A stretch of 64,000 nucleotides of DNA from Carcharhinus longimanus (taxonomy: Eukaryota). The translations under genes were made by a program, and so were the position numbers. This document shows positions 38,436 to 51,815 of this stretch, piece by piece (the stretch's first letter is position 1; each line of letters begins with the position of its first letter). The DNA lies in the NCBI GenBank assembly GCA_030264375.1, contig JASCQW010000132.1, forward strand, positions 48,178,019 to 48,242,018. Direction: 5' to 3'. The notes under the pieces were generated by a model. The model did no database searches. It was not told the origin of the DNA and saw nothing but the letters and a program-made list of their open reading frames with translations.

Positions 38436-39810
38436 CACTGTATTTGGTGACAGTGTTATGCTGATATCCTCTCGGGTTGAAGCACTTCACACAAGGAATT
38501 ACTTTAGGAGGAAGTGATTATTATGTTGTCGAATCATTTTTAAAAGCTATTCAAAAATGAAATATATCAGAAAAAACGTACAAGAATCGCATATTCAACA
38601 AATAGAAAGGTCCACACAAAAAATATGAAAACTAATTATCTTTATCTTGGAACAGAATTTTTGCAGTAATCTTTGTGGAAGATCAGCCCAGTGAAAATAG
38701 CTTAAGTGGTCACTGCTCATGTTTCTGCAGAGTTCCCTTTAACCTTTTACGACATTATGGTAGGAGATCTATTGTCTCGTCTCTTTACTTAAATGCCCAA
38801 TCTCATCATCAGCACTTTGCAAATGCCAATTTGTTACTATGGATTATGATAGTTTACAGTTTCTCATCTAATTTGCTGCTAGTTTTACTTCTTCGGCAAA
38901 TGAGGGATGCTGGTATACATATCAACTTATGGTAGTAAATTCCCGGTATCACCTTGTGACCCTGGACAATGATTGATCAAGTAGTTCATTTGGCAATGTG
39001 GCAGTCACAGCTAAATCCAAATGAACCATACTTATTGGCCATATGTGTCAAGCAGAAATCACTGGCTAATGGTCAGGAGCAAGGCTGTCACTTGTCAAAT
39101 TTCAAGGAAACTGAAGTCTTTGGGCCACCTAATGTCATGCTAAGCTAAGAACTCAGGACAGATCCACATTGATGAGATTGCCCAATAAGCAATGGTTGTA
39201 TGATGCACTGGATCTGTGTCTATCTGCTGAGATATCGTGGCGATACCCAAGGATATACAATTAATGTTCACCCTTTGTGCTTTGCTGTCTCCCATTTCTG
39301 GCTTCAATAATGCCCATAAAATTTGGCTGGATTAGTAGATACTGAACTCAATAATATGATGTTGCTAAACTGATTTTTACAATCGACTTATTCAGCATAT
39401 GTCAATAGTGTGTGTTTAGTCCAATTCTCCCTACAGCCTTGGGGGTTATATTTCTTCCAAACCAATGAATAAATGCTTTAGTATTTGACAAGAATAGAAA
39501 ATCATTAAAGTCAATCATATATCTTAAATAGTTGGGCTGAAATCCTCATTTATGGGACTAATTGTGATGGTGGAAGGTTTCTGCAGCACCCACCTCACTG
39601 CTTGGAATGATGGGAACTCATGCCTGAGTCAATGTTAGCAAACTGATTAATTATGCGCAGGTGAGTACTGAGCTGAATCACCTGATGAGCTGTGATTTGG
39701 TCAGCCCACAATCAACTGGTGAGGTCAGAGGTCCAGGTGCCATATTTAAATAGCAGTTGAACACAGCTCTCATTTGCTCCATTCCACCTGCTTCCAGGGG
39801 GCTATTAAAC

Positions 39811-40025
39811 ATGTCTTCCATCCTGTTTCAGCCATGACACCCTCCAGGCCTTGATCAGAGGGTGCATTAGGATGTGCTTTATACCAAAGACAATTCCAGG
39901 AAGCATAGCAGCCTCACTTCTCTGGCCTGGAAGGCCATTGCCAAGGAAGTCAGCATGTTTGTCAACCATGCCTGGAACGAGATCCAGTGCAGGATGAGGA
40001 TGAATGATTGAATCTGCTCACCAGG
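39811..40025 (+). pseudogene. Harbinger-type Myb/SANT DNA-binding ORF, first exon, degenerate
   Basis: Translates to FSHDTLQALI(frameshift)DVLYTKDNSRKHSSLTSLAWKAIAKEVS...NEIQCRMRMND*, ending at a splice donor ccagg|gtaagt. An upstream tatttaaa lies at ~39743 and a gggctgaaatcc TIR-like start at ~39534. Confidence 0.75.
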
Positions 40026-41429
40026 GTAAGTCAAACTTCAACTGTCTCTAATATCAGACTCTCATTGTGGGATCATGAATGACTCAAATGATTACTGCCT
40101 CCAGGGATCTCACATAGCCATTAGTTTGATACAAATATCAATACTTATTGACTAATGGAACCTTTCATGTCACCACCATCCTATCTACCTGTCATGCTGT
40201 ACACTTTCTGTCCTCTGATCTGTTGGGCAGGACTCACCATACACAAGAGGCATGAATCTTTGCTAACCTATGTTCTATTCTTTCCCATCACATACCTATC
40301 TTGTGCCTTCATCTAGGGACATAGAGAACTTCGCCTAATTGAAATTCACTGAGGTGCAATGGTTTAGCTGCTTCCTCTTCAAAAGGCTGCATCACTGAGC
40401 AATGACAATTAGACTTTTAAACCATGACATGGATTGCACTGTCTATCAATGAATCATCAAGTTCATTGTAGCCCTTAAAGTTTAAGCAAAGAGTCCCCCT
40501 TGGAAGCTCTCTCAATTGTTAAGAAGCATTAACTTCCATTGCACAGTTGAGCTGCACTGGATACCATCCAACAGACTGATTTCAATCACTAACTTTGTAT
40601 AGTTCTGCCAGTTTTATGCAAAGTTATTCTGAAAGTGCAAAAAACAATAAAGCCACTTCTAACTTCTGCATAATTTTTTAAAACTGTGACAATGTCTTCT
40701 GTGCAATGCCTCTTGCTCCTCTGTCCTCCACATTGCTTCTGCTCTCTCCTGTCTTTTTGGCTGCTCCCTTCCTTTCTCCAGTTTTAAAGGCAACCTGACC
40801 AGGCCACTCATGACTGCCATAAATTGTTTTAAAAACAGACAAAAACAATGCAACACAAACAAAAGCCTCCTCTGAGAAGATAGAAATGAATATTAACAGT
40901 GTGAAAATACATCAAAAAATGTCTCGAGTTAATCAGCAACCAATAAAGGGAAACCAGATATGAATGAATGATCCCATTTATCGTATTGCTGAAGGAGCCT
41001 TGCTGCCTGCTATTTCCACGAGAATTGTAGAACTCCCTATTTAAATACTTTTTGAAAACATACAGCAGATGACCTGGGTACCAAAGGAAAGTGACATCCA
41101 AATTGCGGGTGCTGCACTTCCTGTGTAGGATGGACACATGTAGCCTCTGACCACACTGGACACATTTTGACATCAGTGTATGCTTGATATTCCAATTCCA
41201 ATTCTTTCCTACATCTGATAGCAGACTTTCATCTGTTTCCATAGCTAGTAATTCTGAGAACAGGTTGCCAACCTGTTGCCAGCTATTTACAGCTTGAGGG
41301 GCATCACTCCACTTCAAGCAAAGATCCTTTGACCTCAGACAGGATTTTTCAGCCTTGGAGTAAGTGCAGCTGGAAAATCCCACCCCAGGAGTGTCTCCAT
41401 GTTGGATGGACTTACAGCTTGACACAGTC

Positions 41430-41547
41430 AACCTGTTTAGCCATGTTATGAATGCACCTTCCTTGGCCATCAAGTGCTGGGGTGGGATTCAAATGCAAAG
41501 CTCCTGGCTCAGAGGAAGGAACACTATTCACTGCGCCACCAGACCTA
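41430..41547 (-). mobile_element. tRNA-derived SINE family D head
   Basis: The reverse complement reads ggtctggtggcgcagtgaatagtg...ctctgagccaggagc...tgaatcccaccccagcacttgatggccaagg. Confidence 0.65.
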
Positions 41548-43254
41548 AACTTGACATCGCAGCAATTAATTTCCAGGGCAAGTCTCTGAATTGATGGGAA
41601 ACTGGGATTTATTATCGCTTGTGGAAAATCCAGCCTGAAGAAATAAAATCATTGGGCAAACTTAGCAGACTTACAGGATTGGATTGTCTTTGTTGTAACT
41701 GATCCACCATTCAGTCCAGTTTTCAGAATCAGTGGGTGGAATCTTCCTGTTGATATGGGTTTGGAGTTAGGACTTCAATCAAAATATGAAAATGTTAATT
41801 GTCTTGACATTCCTGCCACCAAGCAATCGTGTCAGATGCACAGTCTGATCAGCAGAGCTGGGAGGTTGGCAGCAGTGGCCTTCTACCAGCAAATTAGAGA
41901 ACCATCTGGGCTGCAAAAACTGCAGCCTTGGCGTCAGGAAAGATTGCCCTCTCCACCTTGATGGCCCCAAAAGTTGTGGGGCTCCCTTTTTACAAGCATT
42001 CACGCAGACTTTTGAGGGCATACCTTGGGTAACCTTGCATACCCCTACATGCTTCAGAAGCAATTATTTATTCTAGTGGATCTGTCACCCATCCAGTGCC
42101 TGGAGGCCTCCTATTTGTCGTCTTGTCTTGGAAACATCCACCACCATCCTTAATGGATGACAAACACGAAGACGACCTGATAATTGGCCACCTTCGGGAT
42201 GATCGCACAGTAAAAAGGAATGCGGATACCATCAGGGTCGGAATCCAAAAATGATCCAATGCATCTTCACAGAACAGGACATTGTCTTCCCATATGTGTA
42301 ATAGGAAACATAATCCAGTTGATTTAATTTAATCTGAAGAATTTAATTTGGCAGCACAGAATAGCTTACATTGCTTCACAGATAACCTCTCATCAATAGT
42401 TATTATTCTTTCAGATGATCTTTCCCATACTGTCCACTGGTGTGTCGGTCTAACCTGTGCAGCTGATGTAACTACTTTGCTCCGTGTACTTTAGGATGCT
42501 GAGTGCGATTAGTCAAATTAAGAAGGACTTAATAGAAAGCAAATGTAGTGGAAGATGTCTGCAATTCAGTAGGTACTAAGCTTTGAGGGCTTTAACCATC
42601 TTGATCTTTTGTGATTCAAACTGAACTTTTCCAAGGCCACATCAGATTACAGACTGAGGCCATCATCCCAGAGTCTCTGATGGAATAAATGGATTGTTTT
42701 AGAGTTAAGAGAAGAAGAGGGTGTAAGCAGTCTTGTGTGAAGCATAACCTGTCAGTCACCATTGTTCCATTTGGCCGAATGGCCAGTCTGTGATTCTCTA
42801 ATTCTTTGTAATACATATTCTTTGTCATTCTATTCAATATGGGTAGCACAGTGAGTGGGCCCCAGTGAAATACAGAATAGAATATGGCTCCATAGTGCAA
42901 TTGGACTAAGGGCAATAGTTCATAGATAGATGAGGCACTTTTCCTATTTCACCTTTTTTGTGTTGTTTGAGGGGAACTGACCTGTGACAATTCCATTTTT
43001 TGTCGTCAATAGCTGGAGCGACTGATTTTTATGATTTGAATCACAAGTTTCTTAAATTTATTGCAGCCCTTGAATTGAGAATAGGCAACTAAACCTGATT
43101 TATAACTAGAGCAAAGTACAAAGTTCCCCAACAGTAATATTCAATTTATGACTTGTTTTTTGGCTGAAGAAGCTTTCTGGCTGTGGAATCTGCATTGCAC
43201 TTGAGGTGATTGTCATTTTGCCTTTTCTTGGCTGGTGCTCAGAATGCGAAACAA

Positions 43255-43950
43255 CAAGTAGCAGAGGCAAATAGCACAAATGCATTCAAGGGAAGTGAGA
43301 TAAACACATGAGGGAGNNNNNNNNNNNNNNNNNNNNNNNNNTGCTCACCATTACCTTCTCAAGGACAATTAGGGATGAGCAATAAACACTGGCCTAACTA
43401 GTGACTCCCATGTCTTGAAAATGAATAAAATAATATGCTGACAGGTTTGGGTTGTTTTTGCTGGAGCAGAGAAGACTGGGGGATGACCTGATTGACATGT
43501 ACAGGATTATGAGGGGCATGAACAAAACGGATGGGGAGCAACTATTCCCTTTCGTTGAAGAGTCGGTCACAAGGGGACACAGGTTCAAGGTGATTTCGGG
43601 GGAATGTGTGAAAAAACTTTTTTTACCTAGAGGGTGGTGACAGTCTGTAACGCTATGTCTGGGAGAGGTAGAGATGGGTTGCCTCACATCCTTTAAAAAG
43701 TACTTGGATAAGCAGTTGGCATGTCACAACATTCAAGGCTATGGACCAAGTGCAGGTAGATGGGACTAGGTGGAAGGTCAGGTGTTTCTCATGTATCAGT
43801 GCAGACTCAGTGGGTAGATGGGCCTCTTTTGCACTGTATGATCCTATGATATTATGATCCATTAGATAGGGAGAAAGCAGGGTCATATGGAGCAGAAATA
43901 TTGGCATGGACCAGTTGGACTGAATAACCTGTGCTGCATTTTCTATGTCA
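43255..43950 (+). mobile_element. Nested LINE 3' ends: CR1 host, LINE family A tail (43342-43430), HER1-type end (43440-43860)
   Basis: LEQRRLGDDLIDMYRIMRG...TRGHRFKV; tails ctgtatgatcctatg and atgaataaaa. Confidence 0.8.
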
Positions 43951-46319
43951 TTCTTTGTGGTTTAATTGCAGATTAAGCACTTCTGTGTCAAACATTCCAA
44001 GAATGAGTGGCCTGATGAACTGTTGGACTCTTTCAATTACTTTGCCTGTCTGACATCAAAAACCCAGTCGTGACCAAGAGACTTTCCATCTGCCTCAAGG
44101 AGGTGTGAAAGCTGGCCAGCATATATTTCCAGCATCAAGAGCACTAGTCAGACCAATGAAAACAGTGACAAATGTGAGTGGTCTTAAAGCCCACGCAGAT
44201 TTCAATTTAAATGGAATTCCCTTTTTAAGTTCAGTTTTGGTGTAAAATTCTGAGAATGAGTCACAAATGTTGCATTGGTTATTGAATAAATCCTGGGTTC
44301 CCTCTAAGGTATAACCTCTATTCTTTTAATATAAATTAAGTGTGTTTATGATGAAAATCAGCTTGCAATATTGTCATAATTCACCACTTTGAGTGGTGAC
44401 ACTGTCTCCTTTCTCCTTGCCTGTTTATATCATTGGAGGCATTAAAATAACCTCAGGTTGGTCACATAATTCAAACCGATTGGTTCCAACAGCCCTATAT
44501 TTTGAATAATTTATCCCTCCTGGAATTACCTTTACTGGGAATCCTGTCTAATAGAAATTCTTCAAGAGAAAGGAGTAATGTGAAAAAAAACCATAGGCTG
44601 AGATGCTGGACTTCTCGGTAATACAATGGCACACTGCAGCGTACCTACTAGAAGGGTATACCGGTGACTAAGCTGTTTTTAATGCATCAGCTTTTTAAAT
44701 TAGTCTCATTTCTCTTAAAATAAAGAAGTTAAATCCTGGGCGTGATTTATTGCACATCCATCATGTGTTTTGTGGCAGNNNNNNNNNNNNNNNNNNNNNN
44801 NNNNNNNNNNNNNNNNNNNNNNNNNNNNNNNNNNNNNNNNNATGAAATCTGTGATGGAGGGGTGTGCTATTGATGACACCAGAAGATCCAGCTAGCATGA
44901 ACAGCCAGGAAGTTCCAACCTTTGTCTTTCCCAGCCAGGATTTTCACTCCCGAGTTGGGAATGCAATCTGGAAAATTCCCAGCTCTGCAAATTCAAAATG
45001 CCCGAGATGCTGAAATTTGTCTTCCAGACTGGGTTGGTGTGTTGGCACCTACTGATCCCAGAAACATTGCAGAAGGAAACATATGGGATTCTGAGTACAG
45101 AAGTAGGCTGCATGAAAGGCCAGCCATGATGCTCTAGGACTTGAATAATAAACCAAAAGATGGCCCTCTAACCTTTACTCCTAACACTTGCTCACCATCA
45201 CACACTCGCTGTATTCTATCCATGGCAACTCATGCCCCCATCCACCTCAATGGCCCCTTATATCCTCCATGTCAACCAATGCCATTCCACCAATTCCAAA
45301 AATCTTTTACAACCCCTACAACAATGCCAACCCATTCCTCCCCCTCCCTGCCATCTATCAACCTTTGCCATTACAATCTTCATACCAACTTGCCATGGGC
45401 AAACATCACGTTCCATGTTGTGATGAAATCAAGCAAATAAAGAAATGGAGAGCAGTATTTTCCCATCCTGCCTACCATGGGAATTGTAACATGTGGGGAT
45501 GGACCATGAAAAGGATCGTTGACCTCAGGCAGGAACTTCTGGCTTTGGGGTGAGTCCTGCACAGTGTCTATTGATTACTTCACTATTTTTAAAAAAGCAA
45601 TGTAATTGATAAAAAATACATTCCCTACATCTAAATTCATTGAATTCCAGAATCCTTTATAAAACAGGCATTTTTTATTCATAGCCACACATCAAACTTG
45701 TGGGCCGAAGGGCCTGTTTGTGCTGTAGTTTTTTTATGAAAAACTTTATAACCACTTGGAGCTGTCAATCAAAATGTGAACTAGCAGACACTACACTATG
45801 ATAATGATATGTTGTGAAATCAGTCACACAGCACAAATTCTATAATGTCTTCCCCTACGCTTATGTCAATGAGCAGAGTGAAATACAAGCATTGATCTTT
45901 TAAACTTCAGACATTTAAAATATAGTAAATGACAGGAAATGTGAATGCCTTGACAACTTGACAGTTCCACTGAGTTTTTCACTTTTACATACATTCATGT
46001 TTACTTTAACAACCCAAAGAGTATTTGAGTCTTCCGCAGACCACCTTACTTCTCCCAAAGGGACATCTGACCTCTCTCAAAGGACACCTTATCTCTTCTA
46101 AACATGTCCCTGGGTCTATGTAAATGGTCTCCTATTTTTTTCCACCTTTCCAAAGAACTCTGGTAAATTTTAACCTTCCCATGAAGCATTTGCACTTTTA
46201 CAAATTTAGCTGCTTCCATGCACCATGGATGTGCAAATTACAACCCCCCCCCCCAATGAAATTAGGGTGCTGGGATTAGGGGCAGGACCTCCAAAATTGG
46301 AGGGGTCCTCCCCATCTCT

Positions 46320-46584
46320 GCAAACTATCAGGCCTTTGTTCAATCTGCTGCCCATGTTCCTATTGCATCAAGCCTCATTCACTTGTCATCCCTATACCAC
46401 TATGCCCACTGACCTACACTGGCTCCCCATCAAATAGTACTTTGATTAGAAAACTCCACATCCTTTTTATTCAACCTTCTCCATGGCCTTCGTCCTTCCT
46501 ATCTCTGGAACCTCTAGATCCGCAATCCTCAAGAATAGCTGTACTTATCCAGTTCTGATCTCTTGAGCATCCCAACTTTACTTG
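46320..46584 (+). mobile_element. L2 LINE ORF2 C-terminal fragment
   Basis: DLHWLPIK, followed by LHGL.P.YL-like sequence. Confidence 0.7.
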
Positions 46585-48089
46585 NNNNNNNNNNNNNNNN
46601 NNNNNNNNNNNNNNNNNNNNNNNNNNNNNNNNNNNNNNNNNNNNNNNNNNNNNNNNNNNNNNNNNNNNNNNNNNNNNNNNNNNNNNNNNNNNNNNNNNNN
46701 NNNNNNNNNNNNNNNNNNNNNNNNNNNNNNNNNNNNNNNNNNNNNNNNNNNNNNNNNNNNNNNNNNNNNNNNNNNNNNNNNNNNNNNNNNNNNNNNNNNN
46801 NNNNNNNNNNNNNNNNNNNNNNNNNNNNNNNNNNNNNNNNNNNNNNNNNNNNNNNNNNNNNNNNNNNNNNNNNNNNNNNNNNNNNNNNNNNNNNNNNNNN
46901 NNNNNNNNNNNNNNNNNNNNNNNNNNNNNNNNNNNNNNNNNNNNNNNNNNNNNNNNNNNNNNNNNNNNNNNNNNNNNNNNNNNNNNNNNNNNNNNNNNNN
47001 NNNNNNNNNNNNNNNNNNNNNNNNNNNNNNNNNNNNNNNNNNNNNNNNNNNNNNNNNNNNNNNNNNNNNNNNNNNNNNNNNNNNNNNNNNNNNNNNNNNN
47101 NNNNNNNNNNNNNNNNNNNNNNNNNNNNNNNNNNNNNNNNNNNNNNNNNNNNNNNNNNNNNNNNCCTCCCCCTGCCCACTCTGCTGGCCAATCCCAATCA
47201 TTGGCTTCCGTCCCACTCCAACCAAATCTGACTGTAGACCACCACCCCCCCTACCCTCACCAATTGCCCCTACAAGTTCTGACCCCCTAATCAGGCCCTC
47301 CATTAGGCACCACCCCCTTGGCACTGCCCCATGCCTTCACTGCAGCGGTCTTGGGCTGCCAGCTCCCGCAAGTGGGGAGCTATAGTAAACCTTGCTGGAC
47401 TGAACCACTCCTGGCGGGGGAAAGGTGGGGGAAAGGCGGTGGGGTGGGGGGGTGTGTGTAAGAGGCTAACGGGCCTGAAGATTTCAGTCCCAGGATTGCT
47501 AATCAGCTGGAAATGTTCATTAAAATAATGTATTTAGCCCCGCATCGATTTCTGGCACAAATCTGATATCACCAGAAATCCAGTGGCTAGTGACATGTGG
47601 AGGCCATGGCACCCAGTGAGGAGCCCGCTACAAGGCCTCTGCTTGTATCTCCTGACCCACTGCGCTGCTGGGAGAATCACCCCATAATACTTTCCAACTC
47701 TTGGTCTGTACCTTTGAGGATTATAGCATGCCAAGTGCATATCAAAGTCTGAGTTGCCATGAGTGGCTCTGCCTGTATCACCCTTTCTGCTGGTGACTTT
47801 CTGATTGCCACCACATTCTTTAAAACAAAATTCCTCAACCCCTATTGAATCTGCCTGCTAATTAATTTAAATCTATGCTTGCCTCTTCATTATGGGCCCT
47901 TCTGCCAACAGAAATATGCCCTTCCTACTTGTTACACTATTACATAACCTATTTTAATGAATGTGTTTCTCCCTCATCAACCATTTCCATACACACTGGT
48001 GAATTGCATGACAAAATTGAAGGAAATAATGGGCACGATCTTGTCAGCTTGCCGGGCTGGTCAATAGGCTAACAGGAAATCAGGGATAG

Positions 48090-50055
48090 TGTTAAAACCA
48101 TAGAGGAGGCATATAAATTAGCCAAAAAAAGCAGCAAACCTGAGGACTTGGGAGAAATTTAAAATCCAGCAGAGGAGGACAAAAGGTTTAATTTGGAAGG
48201 GGAAGATAGTATATGAGTAGGTTTGCCGAAAACAAAAATTGACTGCAAAAGCCTCTATAGATATATGAAGAGAAAAAGACTGGTGAAGACAAATGTAGGT
48301 CCCTTACAGTTAGAATCAGATGAATTCATAATGGGCAAAGAAGAGATGATTGGCCAGCTGAGCAAATACTTTGGATCTGTCTTCATTAAGGAGGAAACAA
48401 ATAACCTTCCAGAAATACTAGGGGACAGAATATTTAACATGAAGGAGGAACTGAAGAAAATCTTTTAGTCAGGAAATTATATTGGGAAAATTGCTGGGAT
48501 TAAAACCTGATCAATCCCCAAGGCCTGATGCTTTGCTTCCCAGAGTACTCAAAGAAGTGGCAGTAGAAATAATTGGTGCATTAGTGATCATTTTTCAGCA
48601 TTCTATAGACTCTGGAAGAGTTCCAGTGAATTAGCGGGCAGCTAATGTAACCCCAATTTTTAAAAAAGGAGAGAAAGAGAAAACGGAATTGTAGACAGGT
48701 TAGCCTGACACTGGTGGTGCAAAAAATGCTGCAGTCAATTATTAAGGATGTATTAACTGAGCATTTGGGAAGGGGTGACAGGATTGGCCTAATTACCATG
48801 GATTCACTAAAGGGAAATCATGCTTGACAAATCTTCTGGACGTTTTTAAGGATGTGACCAGTAGAGTGGACAAGGGTGAACCAGTGGGTGTTGTGTATCT
48901 GGACTTTCAAAGGCCTTTAACAAGAGATTAATGAGCAAAATTAAAGCTCATGGTATTGAGGGTAATGTATTGACACGGATAGTGAACTGGTTGGCAGACT
49001 AGAAGCAGAGAGCAGGAATAAATGAGTTCTTTTTCAGAGTGGCAGGCAATGACTAGTGGTGTACTGCAGGGTTCAGTGCTAGGACCCCAGCTATTCACAT
49101 CATACATTAATGATTTGGATGACGGAATTGAATCTCCAAATTTGCAGATGATGCTAAGCTGGGTGGCAGTGTGTGCTGTGAGGAGGATGCTTAGAGGCTG
49201 AAGGGTGACCCGGCCAGGCTGACTGAGTAAGAAAATGTAATACAATATGGATAAATGTGAGATTATCCGCTTTGGTAGCAAAAAAAGAAGGAAGCTTATT
49301 ATCTGAATGGAGGCAGTTTAAGGAAAGGGGAAATGGAACATGACCTGGGTGTCATGATGGAACACTCGCTGAAGATTGGCATGCAGGTACAGCAGGTGGT
49401 GAGAAAGCTAATGGAGTGCTGGCCTTCATAGCAAGAGGATTTGAGAATCAGATAAGGATGTCTTGCTGCAGTTGTACAGGGCCTTGGTGAGGCCATAGCT
49501 TGAGTATTGTGTGCAGTTTTGGTTTCCTAATCTGAGGAAGGATACTCTTGCTATTGAGGGAGTCTAGCAAAGGTTCACCAGACTGATTCCTGGAATGGCA
49601 GGGCTGACATATGAAGAAAGACCAGATCAACAGGGCTTGTACTCACTGGAATTTAGAATGAGCAGGGATCTCATAGAAACATATAAAATCCTGATGGGAC
49701 TGGACTAGCTAGATGCGGGAAGAAAGTTCCTAATTTTAGGGAAGTACAGAATTAGGGGTCACAGTCTAAGAATAAAGGGCAAGCCATTCAGGACCGAGTT
49801 GAGGAGGAACTTTTTCACTCAGAGTTGTGAACGTGTGGAATTCTCTACCACAGAAAGCTGTTGGGGCCAATTTGTTAGATATATTCAAGGGGGAGCTGGA
49901 TGTGGCCCTTGTGGTTGAAGGGATCAAGGGGTATGGAGAGAAAGCAGGAGTGGGATACTGAAAGTGCATGATCAACCATGATCATATTGAATGGTGGTAT
50001 AGGCTCGAAGGGCAGAATGGCCTTTTTCTGCACCTATTTTCTATGTTTCTATGAT
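48090..50055 (+). mobile_element. CR1 LINE, ~2 kb, ORF2 RT pseudogenised, with 3' tail
   Basis: [37 protein letters not shown] and [10 protein letters not shown]; tail ttctatgtttctatg. Confidence 0.95.
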
Positions 50056-50337
50056 TAGCATGGCAAGCTGGGAAAATAGTGTCAGAGACCAAAAACCTAG
50101 CGCAAATCGGATTGTTATTCTCTTGGTTCCTTTTTAGCAGCAAGAATGGTTTCACTCCCAGCAAGGGCTGATTCTTCATTTCTCTCTCGATCTCACTGGC
50201 TCGCCACACTGATCAACTGGTGGGATGAGCCGATGAGATCGCAGCTTTAGAATTTTTAGGGGGAAAATTCTGCCCAATATTGCCTTTCTGCAGCAGTTTT
50301 AAAATCAATTAAAAAGTAACCTTCCAGGATCTGCACT

Positions 50338-50597
50338 TCATAAAAAACAGGAGCAGGAGTAGGCCACCTAGCCCTTCGAGCCTGCCCCGCCATTCAATAA
50401 GATCATGGCTGATCTGAAGTGNNNNNNNNNNNNNNNNNNNNNNNNNNNNNNNNNNNNNNNNNNNNNNNNNNNNNNNNNNNNNNNNNNNNNNNNNNNNNNN
50501 NNNNNNNNNNNNNNNNNNNNNCCGCCAATCCGAATAGCACCCATTGACCCCCACTCTCTGCCTCCTATTTGACAGCCAATCCCCTATCCACGCTAAA
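50338..50597 (-). mobile_element. CR1 LINE fragment (tail plus RT piece across a gap)
   Basis: caggagtaggcca..gcccttcgagcctgccccgccattcaataagatcatggctgatc; ILAWIGDWLSNRRQRVGVNG. Confidence 0.8.
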
Positions 50598-51071
50598 ATC
50601 AAATCTTCAGGCACCGAAAAAGTATTATTTCGTTAACATCTAGTGTAGTAGAAACATTTTTTGGTACGGAAAAAATATCACAAAAGGCATTTGCATCAGC
50701 GCAGCATTTTGAAAAATCCATCTCAGAAAGCACTGATGTGAAAATTTGCAGATCTAACATTGTTGAGCATTTCCACAACTTTACCACAAGAACACAGGTG
50801 GCCCTTCTGCAGAAAGGTTGGCACGAACACTTGAAACATTTCAAAATGGTAGAAAGGATATGACTCTGATACGGCGCTTGGTCCTGAGCACCTGTCTAAG
50901 AAAACATTTTGTTCTTTTTATTATGAATTGGCCCAACTGTGCACTTTGTCACTTACCCAGAAAGTAGTCTTCAATGTTGTCAGTGTTTATGTAATGAAAA
51001 AGGAATTACGTTTTGGTATTTGTTGAGTGCCTGCTGAGACAATAAGAAGTATGTCACAACAAAAATGCTAT

Positions 51072-51320
51072 AGGGTGGGCTTTTACAGCCTTGCTTGACC
51101 CCAGACCGGACAATCCCGCCTGAGATCAATGGACTTTCCCCTCGCCTGCCCCAATTCCTGTGACAGGCAGGGCAGTAGAATTCCAGCAATAGTGTCTTAT
51201 GATTAAAATTCGGAGCCAGAGGTAAGAATTTTTTGATCCCATGCACTCTGCCATCATTGGCAGTGAGAACTAAGAACTTGATGCTTGCAGCAGGACCAGA
51301 CAATCCCAGAATTCAGGCCA
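51072..51320. mobile_element. Probable Harbinger-like MITE
   Basis: Imperfect TIRs gggtgggcttttac / agaattcaggcc; GC-rich body. Confidence 0.4.
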
Positions 51321-51449
51321 GAATTTCCTTCATAGATTTAAAGACTTCTCTTTTTTTCAACATGTCACAGTTGAAAAATTAGATCTGGTGAAATTTCTCG
51401 TTTAATAGAGGGTAGAACTGGAGAAATAGATGAATGTTTTTGAGAAGGG

Positions 51450-51815
51450 AGGGATCTACTAGCAATCCAGAAACTCAACTAATCTTCTAGGCTACCAGGG
51501 TTCGAATCCTGCCATGGCAAATAGTAGAACTTGAATTTAATAAAAAAATCTGGAATTAAGAATCTACTGATGACCTTGAAATCATTGTCAATTGTTAGTG
51601 AACCAGATGGGTTTTTCCAATGTTCTTTTGGAAAGGAAATCTGCCATCCTTACCTGGTCTGGCCTACATGTGACTCCAGAGCCACAGCAATTTGGTTCAC
51701 TCTCAACTTCTTGCTGAAATGGCTTAATAAGTTACTCAGTTCAAGGGCAACTTGGGATGGGCAATAAATACTGGCCAGCCAGTGACGTCCAAGACCCATG
51801 AATAAATAAAAAAAA
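51450..51815 (+). mobile_element. tRNA-derived SINE family B
   Basis: gggttcgaatcctgccatggca; body and tail as in the other copies, ending catgaataaataaaaaaa. Confidence 0.85.

Noticed and set aside
40829-41473. 214-aa minus-strand ORF, the longest without a gap
   Set aside because: It starts inside a SINE, has no recognisable domain and runs into low-complexity sequence; probably a chance ORF.
46529-47385. ORFs of 222-267 aa
   Set aside because: They consist almost entirely of N gap (X residues).
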